The position numbers and the translations under genes were made by a program. A stretch of DNA of 24,000 nucleotides, taken from the NCBI RefSeq assembly GCF_003003035.1, contig NZ_PVTS01000023.1, forward strand, positions 34,696 to 58,695, given 5' to 3'. The notes under the pieces were generated by a model that was given only the letters and a program-made list of their open reading frames with translations, searched no databases and had not been told where the DNA came from. Of the stretch, positions 17,271 through 24,000 are shown one piece after another; position 1 is the first letter of the stretch; the number at the start of each line of letters is the position of its first letter. This stretch comes from Marinilabilia salmonicolor (GTDB lineage Bacteria; Bacteroidota; Bacteroidia; Bacteroidales; Marinilabiliaceae).

Positions 17271-20200
17271 TTACTCATAGGCTGCCAATCCTGAAATTTC
17301 GCGCCCTTGGGCTAATTTTTTTAATTGTGGTGCAAGGTCCTTCATCAATGCTACCTCTACCTTACTTCTTTGTTTCCATCCTAATTCCAAGGGTTCCAAT
17401 AGATCTGTGAGTTTTTCCCCGTCAAAAATCATTCGGTTCATAACCTGTTCAACAAAGTCTTTCAGGTCTGATGTTTCTAACCCGTGTTTGTTGGCAATGG
17501 CAGCCAGTTCCTTGTGGTACTTCTCAGCCTTAAATGTTTCATAACCTTTCTGCAAAGTCTCCACATCCTTTCCACTTTCCCAATCCAGACTGTTGATGTA
17601 TTCGGTCAGATCCTCCTCCTCATCCATGAGGTTGGAATTCGATTTCAGCAAACCAATGACCTGCGCCTTGGTCATTTTTTGTTTGGCCGGTTTCTTCTGT
17701 GTACTATCAGCAATCAGGTTCATGATGTAATCGTAGTCAATCACCGCAGAAGCAAACAATACAAATTCAAAATCCAGTTGCTGTATTTCTTCCGGGGCAT
17801 CATCACCCTCTTTTTGCTGTATTTCCCTGAATTGTTTGGCGGTTTCTATGTAGGAGCTTCTGAATTCCTGTAAAGTTTCCTTTGGAAGTATGGCCTCAAT
17901 CATCTCCTTTTGCTCCTCGTCCAAATCGGTGTATTGGTCCAACTGGGTTTTGAGCCGTTGCACTTCCTTGAAATTTTTCACAAAAGAAATCCGGGCAGCA
18001 TCACCTTTTAGGTTGTAAACTTCCTGTGGTTCGTTGGCTAAATCATGTTCATGCATGAATTCCCCCAAAGCTTCAACTGCCTTTTGATATTTTTCAATCA
18101 CCACCGGAGCAGGATCAACCATCCATATTTCTTTGGCCTTGCCGGCATCTTCTCCGGAAAAAAGAGTAATGGCCTGGTTAACGGCATCCTGTTGCGAGCG
18201 GAAATCCAGAATATTTCCATAGGGTTTGGTATCGTTTATCACACGATTGGTACGCGAAAAAGCCTGAATCAATCCGTGATGTTTCAGGTTCTTGTCCACA
18301 TACAAAGTATTCAGGAATTTGGAATCAAAGCCTGTGAGTAACATGTCCACTACAATGGTCAGGTCAATTTTATTCTTACGAGGATATTCTTTATTGCTGA
18401 ACTTTTGGTCTTTAATGCGTTTTTGCACATCCTGATAGTACAAATCAAACTCATTAAAGCTGTGATTGGTGCCATATTGTTTGTTGTAATCGGCAATAAT
18501 CTCAGTTAAAGCTTTTTTCTTCTCTTCCGGATTTTGCTTGTTGTCTTCTTTCTCCTGCGCTAAATCCTCCTGAAGCTGTTTAATGTCTGCTGCATTTTTC
18601 TGACTTTGCTGGTCACCGTTGGCAGCAATCAATTGTGCCGGTGGCGAAAACACACAGGCAATGTTCAAAGGCACATAATCCGGATTTTCATTTAACTTTT
18701 TCTTTTGAATTTCCTTGAACAAGCGATAATATTCTATTGCATTGTTGATGGAAGCTGTGGCCAAAAGTGCGTTAAATTTCCGCTGATTGGTGGCAGCATT
18801 ATGCTTGTCAATTATTGCTTCTGCTACGGCCTGCTGAGCAAGAGCTTCTCCAGGCTTAGGATTTTGTTTACCCTCCCCTTTAAAATAATCAATGTGAAAA
18901 CGCAGGACATTTTTGTCATCAATGGCATGAGTTATCGTGTAAGCGTGTAGTTCCTTTTCAAAAATGGTTTTTGTCGTCTTATAGGTCTCGTATTGGTCTT
19001 CACGAATTTTTTGAGAGGCATTGTCATCAAAAATGGGCGTACCAGTAAATCCAAAAAGCTGCGCATTTGGAAAAAACTCTTTGATCGCCTTGTGATTCTC
19101 TCCAAACTGGGATCGGTGGCACTCATCAAAAATGAAAACCATCCGTTTGTCGCTCAAGGACTCTAACCGTTCTTTATAGTTCCTTTTATATGTGCCATCC
19201 AGTGCCAAACCCAATTTTTGAATGGTGGTGACAATCACTTTATCGGCATAGTCGGTGGAAAGTAAACGTCTAACCAAAGTTTCGGTATTCGTGTTTTCTT
19301 CCACACTTCCTTCCTGAAACTTATTAAACTCCTCACGGGTTTGACGGTCGAGATCTTTACGATCAACTACAAAAAGGCATTTTTCAATATCAGGATTGTC
19401 TTTTAAAAGCGTTGAAGCCTTGAAAGATGTCAGGGTTTTCCCACTTCCGGTGGTATGCCAAATGTAACCATTACCCCTGTTTTGGTGAATGCAATCAACA
19501 ATGGCTTTTACAGCATAAATTTGGTAAGGCCGCATAACCAGCAATTTCTGTTCACTCTCTACCAATACCATGTACTTGCTAATCAACTCACCGAGGGTGC
19601 ACTTTTTCAGAAACTTATCTGTGAATGATTCAAGGTGCCTGATTTTCTTATTTTTCTCATCAGCAAGTTGGTAAATAGGCAAAAACTGCTCATCTGCATT
19701 GAATTGAAAATGCTGGTTTTTATTATTGGCGAAATAAATTGTATTGCTGCGATTGCTCACAATAAATAACTGCATGAAACACATCAGGGAGTTGCCATAT
19801 CCATTGCCCGGTTCATTTTTATAGTCCACGATTTGCTGCATGGCTTTCCGGGGCGAAATATCCAGTTTCTTCAACTCAATTTGCACTACCGGCAAACCGT
19901 TAATCAAAAGGATAACATCATAGCGTTGATTACTGTTTTCCGTATTAATTCGTAGTTGGCTGACAACCTCGTATTCATTCTTACACCAGTCTTTGATATT
20001 GACCAAAGTATAATGTAGTGGCGTACCATCTTCCCTTTGAAAATACTGCCTTTCGCGCAACATTTTAGAAGCTTCAAAAACATCAGGCTCAATAATCTGT
20101 TCCCGCAACCTTAGAAACTCACTATCCGTAAGACGAACACGATTCAGGGCTTCAAATTTGGCTTTGAAGTTCTGCTCAAGTGTTTTTCTATCAACAATAT

Positions 20201-20273
20201 CGGGCCGATGAGTATATTTCAGCTCTTTGAGCTGCTCAATTAGCTTTTCCTCTATTTGATGTTCTTTCGTCAT
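17271..20273 (-). CDS. hsdR: Type I restriction-modification system, restriction/translocase subunit R (EcoR124/type IC-like by N-terminal layout)
   Basis: 1000 aa. The N-terminal PD-(D/E)xK nuclease region is YDVILLINGLPVVQIELKK. The SF2 helicase motif I is WHTTGSGKT and motif II is FIFDECHRSQ, followed by FGFTGTP and a QAFSRTNR-type motif VI. A long helical C-terminal domain follows. Confidence 0.95.
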   Translation of the reverse strand: MTKEHQIEEKLIEQLKELKYTHRPDIVDRKTLEQNFKAKFEALNRVRLTDSEFLRLREQIIEPDVFEASKMLRERQYFQREDGTPLHYTLVNIKDWCKNEYEVVSQLRINTENSNQRYDVILLINGLPVVQIELKKLDISPRKAMQQIVDYKNEPGNGYGNSLMCFMQLFIVSNRSNTIYFANNKNQHFQFNADEQFLPIYQLADEKNKKIRHLESFTDKFLKKCTLGELISKYMVLVESEQKLLVMRPYQIYAVKAIVDCIHQNRGNGYIWHTTGSGKTLTSFKASTLLKDNPDIEKCLFVVDRKDLDRQTREEFNKFQEGSVEENTNTETLVRRLLSTDYADKVIVTTIQKLGLALDGTYKRNYKERLESLSDKRMVFIFDECHRSQFGENHKAIKEFFPNAQLFGFTGTPIFDDNASQKIREDQYETYKTTKTIFEKELHAYTITHAIDDKNVLRFHIDYFKGEGKQNPKPGEALAQQAVAEAIIDKHNAATNQRKFNALLATASINNAIEYYRLFKEIQKKKLNENPDYVPLNIACVFSPPAQLIAANGDQQSQKNAADIKQLQEDLAQEKEDNKQNPEEKKKALTEIIADYNKQYGTNHSFNEFDLYYQDVQKRIKDQKFSNKEYPRKNKIDLTIVVDMLLTGFDSKFLNTLYVDKNLKHHGLIQAFSRTNRVINDTKPYGNILDFRSQQDAVNQAITLFSGEDAGKAKEIWMVDPAPVVIEKYQKAVEALGEFMHEHDLANEPQEVYNLKGDAARISFVKNFKEVQRLKTQLDQYTDLDEEQKEMIEAILPKETLQEFRSSYIETAKQFREIQQKEGDDAPEEIQQLDFEFVLFASAVIDYDYIMNLIADSTQKKPAKQKMTKAQVIGLLKSNSNLMDEEEDLTEYINSLDWESGKDVETLQKGYETFKAEKYHKELAAIANKHGLETSDLKDFVEQVMNRMIFDGEKLTDLLEPLELGWKQRSKVEVALMKDLAPQLKKLAQGREISGLAAYE

Positions 20274-20328
20274 ACTGCTTTATTGTGTTGCGAAAATTAC
20301 AAAAAATAATCGCCTATTCCTTGTTTAA

Positions 20329-20336
20329 CAAAAATA
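20329..20336 (-). promoter_or_regulatory. Bacteroidota-type -7 promoter box (TAnnTTTG) upstream of hsdR
   Basis: The minus strand reads TATTTTTG, 56 nt upstream of the hsdR ATG. I found no convincing TTTG -33 element at the expected 19-21 nt spacing, so this is weak. Confidence 0.25.
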
Positions 20337-20488
20337 GAATTTACATAAAGTCTTTATTTTACAGGGATAGAGAAATTAAGAAGGATGGGAAATTTCATTA
20401 TCGAACAATATATAAAACCAATATAATTGATCTGATATCTTAAGCCAAAATAAACCTCTTGCATTTTTTACAAGTCTCCAAAGTCATC

Positions 20489-20505
20489 AAAAAACGCCAA
20501 AGGCG
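20489..20505 (-). terminator. Short GC-stem intrinsic terminator after qatD
   Basis: The minus-strand RNA reads CGCC-UUU-GGCG followed directly by UUUUUU. It lies 34 nt downstream of the qatD stop (20539-20541). The stem is only 4 bp but all G-C, and the U6 tract is canonical. Confidence 0.45.
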
Positions 20506-20538
20506 ATTTGCGATTGTGCTTGGCTGTGTGTTGGATTT

Positions 20539-21267
20539 TCATTTAATTAACCTTTTAAAGTTTGACCAAAGGATTGAGGACATTCTAAGGAAGTCAACCT
20601 CAAAAATAACAGATAATTCTTCGACTATATATCTAATATCCTTAGGTGTAAAAGGTTTCTTATTATACTTAACAAATGGAGAATCTGTTTCCAATAATAA
20701 TTTATCTAATGGAATCATCTTAATTAATTCTTTTCCAGAATTTGATTTAACCATCGAGTAATTAACAGAAAAGAAATATCCATTTTTGATAGCTTGATTC
20801 AATGTAATTTTACTTCCTGAATACCAATGCAAGATTACTTTACCGTTAAACGAGGCACCTATAATTGATGTAATTTCATCTGCACTTTGCCTTGAATGGA
20901 TTGTTAGTATTTTACCTCCAATCTGGTTACATCGGTCAATAAGCTCAGTAAAGAAAGATACTTGAAGTTCTTTAAAATCTTTACCTGTCTTAAAATCTAA
21001 ACCTACTTCCCCAATGTATCTGGTTTCATTTAACAATGTCCACATTTGAGGAATGTGATGTTTGTATTGAAAAAGTAATTCAGGGTGAAATCCTAATGCA
21101 GGTCTTATATATTTTGATGAAATTTTTTCCTTTAGCTTAGAATAAAGTACAGGTAAATTACTAACTGCGATGGTGTATATCTTATTTTCTTCAACCTCTT
21201 TGACTATATCACTAACAGATTTGAATAAATCTAAATGAAAATGAGTGTCGTATAAGTAACTATCCAT
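20539..21267 (-). CDS. qatD: Qat anti-phage system TatD-family metal-dependent nuclease/hydrolase QatD
   Basis: 242 aa with the TatD N-terminal HxH motif (YDTHFHLD) and later metal ligands (GEVGLD, LTIHSR, ILHWYSG, LLETDSPF). It overlaps the qatC stop by 8 nt and is the last gene of an A-B-C-D ordered operon. Confidence 0.85.
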   Translation of the reverse strand: MDSYLYDTHFHLDLFKSVSDIVKEVEENKIYTIAVSNLPVLYSKLKEKISSKYIRPALGFHPELLFQYKHHIPQMWTLLNETRYIGEVGLDFKTGKDFKELQVSFFTELIDRCNQIGGKILTIHSRQSADEITSIIGASFNGKVILHWYSGSKITLNQAIKNGYFFSVNYSMVKSNSGKELIKMIPLDKLLLETDSPFVKYNKKPFTPKDIRYIVEELSVIFEVDFLRMSSILWSNFKRLIK

Positions 21268-22558
21268 TGTATTTATCTAAAAGCTCAGCTAGTTCATTCA
21301 TTCCACTTACATAGAGTTTTTCAAACTCATATTGCTTATATAAAATAGGACCAGATTCCTGAATTTTAAATATTGTTTTAGATGAAGAATTTTTAAAATC
21401 CAGAATCCCAATTTTGTATGATTTAAGGTCAATTGGAGCGTTATTCCCTAAATTGAAATTCACATTCTTATATGATGAATAATCGACACTATATGCCTTT
21501 TCAATAGCTGCTCTACGTATTACACAAGGCAAGCAAGTACCACAGTGTATAGGGGCTTTTGCCTTATCATATCGAGCTTGGTCCGGGTGAGAACATGACA
21601 TTGTCTTCGAAATGTTTTCTTTTAGGAAAGCAGAGTCAATACATTCAATAATCATCTCTCCTTTTGTTTTGAATTGGTAAGGATTATTTAACTCAACTTT
21701 GATATCTAGATTATTTAGTAGGGTTTGTAACATTCCCATATAATATGGATGAGTTGTTCTTGTACTACTTGTTCCTAATCGTGTGTTCGTAAGTGGGATG
21801 TTTAATGAAATTAATCCATTCTCTGGGATAAATAGTTTGGTCTGTTCATTTAAAGCAGAAGCTAAAATTATTGCGTGCGTAAAGAACATAAATGAGCGAG
21901 TCCTTGTCGAATCTTCTATACCACCAACAGGTGCTGCGTGAAAATTAAAAAATTGCTTATCGGTAAGAGCATACTTCTCACTAAGAATTGTTTTTACATT
22001 ATTCTGATATTCAATAACACCTTTACCTCCACCATAATGTCCTATAAAAGCGATATTCTTTTCTTTGCCTAATAAATCAATTGCACCAATAAAAGAATCC
22101 AATCCTCCTGAAAGCATACAAAATGCTAATGGTTTATAATTTTTCCTAGATTTTTCCGCACATTTTTTTACTCTTAACTCCTTATTGTTTAATTCCCTTT
22201 TTCTGAATTCAAATTCCCATAAATCCCCACTTAGGAATGATACCATTTGTTCGAGCAATTCTTTTTGATTGTTCCATTTATCAGGTTCTAAAACAGGCAT
22301 GTATATTTTGAACCTTCGAGTCCATGAATCAAAAGTATCTTTTCTAAGAACTTTTCGGTCGGCATAATATACCATCAATGAAATGTAAAATAAGTCAAGT
22401 GCCTCATCTGAAAAGAAGTTTGGAAACTGGCAGAGCCTCCTTACAGTTTGATAAAATGTCCAATGATATTCCTTTTTATCATTTAGATTAATATTAAAAA
22501 GACAATCCTGAACGGAAAAATTATCTTCATCATTTAATCTGCATATAATTTGAATCAT
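21260..22558 (-). CDS. qatC: Qat anti-phage system QueC-like PP-loop ATPase QatC
   Basis: 432 aa. The PP-loop SGGLDS sits at residues 150-155 (22094-22111), preceded by a ~140-aa N-terminal extension absent from housekeeping QueC. A QueC-type zinc cluster is present: C...HCGTCLPC (C-x16-CxxCxxC). The start overlaps the qatB stop (ATGA). Confidence 0.85.
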   Translation of the reverse strand: MIQIICRLNDEDNFSVQDCLFNINLNDKKEYHWTFYQTVRRLCQFPNFFSDEALDLFYISLMVYYADRKVLRKDTFDSWTRRFKIYMPVLEPDKWNNQKELLEQMVSFLSGDLWEFEFRKRELNNKELRVKKCAEKSRKNYKPLAFCMLSGGLDSFIGAIDLLGKEKNIAFIGHYGGGKGVIEYQNNVKTILSEKYALTDKQFFNFHAAPVGGIEDSTRTRSFMFFTHAIILASALNEQTKLFIPENGLISLNIPLTNTRLGTSSTRTTHPYYMGMLQTLLNNLDIKVELNNPYQFKTKGEMIIECIDSAFLKENISKTMSCSHPDQARYDKAKAPIHCGTCLPCVIRRAAIEKAYSVDYSSYKNVNFNLGNNAPIDLKSYKIGILDFKNSSSKTIFKIQESGPILYKQYEFEKLYVSGMNELAELLDKYNG

Positions 22559-23433
22559 AGTATATCCTCCATAACCTTATAACATTGTTCGTAAAGATTC
22601 TCGACCTCTTTGTTCATTTTATTGTTAAAATCAATTTTAGAGAAGTCTTTATCTTTTAATGTTGTTTCTACTTTTGAATTGATATATTCTTTTAACTCTT
22701 TCTCCTTACTTATTGCATCAGCAGGAGAAGTTGATTTTGATTCAATACGACTTCCTAAATCATTAATAATTCTTTCGTAAATATAGGATTCCACTTGTAT
22801 CGGAATCATTTCGTTCAAAAGCTCCTTATCAATCTTTTCTAAAGTAGTTATGTCATTGTTTTCATCGTCAAGTTTTTCATATAAAACTTCCATTGTACGA
22901 AGTAATGCTTTTCTTGCAACAGAATCTTCTTTGGTTACAGGAATGGGTGCTATTCGATTTATAACATCTGTTAATATTTCTTTTGCAGTTCTTCCCTCAT
23001 ATTCAACGTTATATTGAGATAATGTTTCTCGAATTCCTTGCGTTGAACTACTGCTTAAAAATTGTCCTAAACCCGATGTTGAACGAATACCGCTTGACGC
23101 AGATTTTGCAGCGCTTTTTGAGCCTCCATGAGCTTTAACATAACTTGAAACAGCTCTTTTGAAGTTTCGAGATGCGCCAGAGGCATACCGAGACATAAAG
23201 TTTTTAGCATTACTCCAGTTATTCTCATTGCCGTTTGAGTCTTGATTATTACCACTGTTTTCATCGTTATTATGGCTCTGATTATTTTCAGCAGAATCTC
23301 CATCAGTATTATTATTCTCTTGGTCTTGAGAATTATCATCACCATTCTGTGAGTCAGGATTTGTGGTATCATCAAAATCATCAGGTAATAATGGATTCCC
23401 GGATGGTCCGGTGTACATACTTGAGGTTCCCAT
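22555..23433 (-). CDS. qatB: Qat anti-phage system associated protein QatB
   Basis: 292 aa, assigned by position between the QatA-like and QueC-like genes with 4-nt coupling. It starts MGTSSMYTGPSG, followed by a ~75-aa acidic N/D/Q/S-rich low-complexity region and a helical C-terminal domain. There is no enzymatic motif, which fits QatB being uncharacterised. Confidence 0.7.
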   Translation of the reverse strand: MGTSSMYTGPSGNPLLPDDFDDTTNPDSQNGDDNSQDQENNNTDGDSAENNQSHNNDENSGNNQDSNGNENNWSNAKNFMSRYASGASRNFKRAVSSYVKAHGGSKSAAKSASSGIRSTSGLGQFLSSSSTQGIRETLSQYNVEYEGRTAKEILTDVINRIAPIPVTKEDSVARKALLRTMEVLYEKLDDENNDITTLEKIDKELLNEMIPIQVESYIYERIINDLGSRIESKSTSPADAISKEKELKEYINSKVETTLKDKDFSKIDFNNKMNKEVENLYEQCYKVMEDIL

Positions 23434-23437
23434 ATTT

Positions 23438-24000
23438 TTATTTTATTTCATTACCAATTGCGTTTTTTAATCTTGGGTTATCTTTTTGCCATTTCTCAAG
23501 GAGTTCATTTATCTCCAAGACTTTATTGGATGTTGAGGCAAATTCTTTTATCCGTGGAATGAATGAAACTTTAATATTACCACTTGGTATTGCATTTAAA
23601 CATGCAATAGTATCGGTATAGTTTTCGGGTCGGCTTCCACCCCAAGAAATGAATGACTTAAATAGCTCGGCGGAAATATCAGATGCTGTTTCAATCTCTG
23701 AAATAACTGCTCTTAGTACTTGGGCTGATTCAAAATCGCTTATCAAATTAGCTTTTTTTAGAGCTTCGGTTCTTGCAGAATCACTTCCTGACAATAATCC
23801 AGATAAAATATTTTCAGCTTCAAGGCTTAATTGTTTTATTTCACTAGTACTTCTTAATTGAAGACTCTCTCTTGAAAAGTAGAAGTAAGGTTGCAAATTA
23901 GTTTCACTTAATTTAGGTTCTATTTTAATCCAATTTATAAACCAGTCATCATCTTTCCAGAGCTTTAGCTTTTCAACTTTATCCCATTTATCATTTTCAA
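23438..24000 (-). CDS. qatA: C-terminal part of the QatA-like protein (Qat ATPase); 5' end lies beyond the window
   Basis: By hand translation the frame stays open from 23438 to the window edge (...ENDKWDKVEKLKLWKDDDWFINWIKIEPKLSETNLQPYFYFSRESL...). The track start at 23896 is only the first in-frame TTG. The stop lies 4 nt before the qatB ATG. The ATPase domain itself is not in the window, so identity rests on operon position. Confidence 0.6.
   Translation of the reverse strand, partial: ENDKWDKVEKLKLWKDDDWFINWIKIEPKLSETNLQPYFYFSRESLQLRSTSEIKQLSLEAENILSGLLSGSDSARTEALKKANLISDFESAQVLRAVISEIETASDISAELFKSFISWGGSRPENYTDTIACLNAIPSGNIKVSFIPRIKEFASTSNKVLEINELLEKWQKDNPRLKNAIGNEIK

Noticed and set aside
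21260-22558. The QueC homologue read as a housekeeping queuosine (preQ0) biosynthesis gene
   Set aside because: The PP-loop is displaced by a ~140-aa N-terminal extension, there are no queD/queE/queF/tgt neighbours, and the gene is coupled to a TatD gene and a motif-less protein in Qat order.
23067-23381. 104-aa alternate-frame ORF and the 128-aa antisense ORF (23235-23621) over the qatB 5' region
   Set aside because: They are artefacts of the repetitive AAT/GAT/AAC-rich low-complexity DNA encoding the QatB disordered arm. They stay open in several frames by composition alone.
1-24000. Search by eye for CRISPR repeats, tRNA/rRNA signatures (e.g. GGTTCGAATCC T-loops), IS inverted repeats, and integrase or transposase ORFs
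   Set aside because: I found none. Every ORF over 100 aa is accounted for by the genes listed or is a shadow ORF. A covariance-model scan (tRNAscan-SE or Infernal) would be needed to exclude small ncRNAs.

Overview
This 24-kb segment reads like a Bacteroidota chromosome. That attribution is an inference from roughly 30-50% GC in hand-counted 60-nt samples, no Shine-Dalgarno sequences before start codons, a few TAnnTTTG-type -7 boxes, and families typical of that phylum. It falls into three parts. (1) Positions 1-8.2 kb carry housekeeping ion-transport and cell-wall genes: a CaCA antiporter and CDF transporter in an operon, two tail-to-tail overlapping L,D-transpeptidase genes, a DUF502 protein, and an output-less HAMP sensor translationally coupled to TrkH. 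(2) Positions 8.2-10.2 kb hold a minus-strand metal-handling cluster: an HYC_CC_PP-like protein, a possible unannotated Cys-rich small ORF, a double-HMA secreted protein, and a beta-barrel outer-membrane gene broken by a 1-nt frameshift. (3) Positions 10.5-24 kb are an unbroken run of 12 minus-strand genes that looks like a defence island. It starts with qatABCD (QatA is cut by the right window edge), then a spacer with a terminator and promoter-like box, then a type I R-M system in the unusual order hsdR, KilA-N, hsdS, hsdM. Four tightly packed genes follow (CreD-like, small membrane protein, tandem cold-shock-like protein, SRAP peptidase), closed by a strong intrinsic terminator. I saw no rRNA, tRNA, CRISPR array, transposase or integrase. 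Qat and type I R-M are known systems. The least explained parts are the four-gene tail behind hsdM, the KilA-N insert, the HAMP-TrkH pairing and the Cys-rich sORF. All family assignments come from motif recognition by eye, not database searches.
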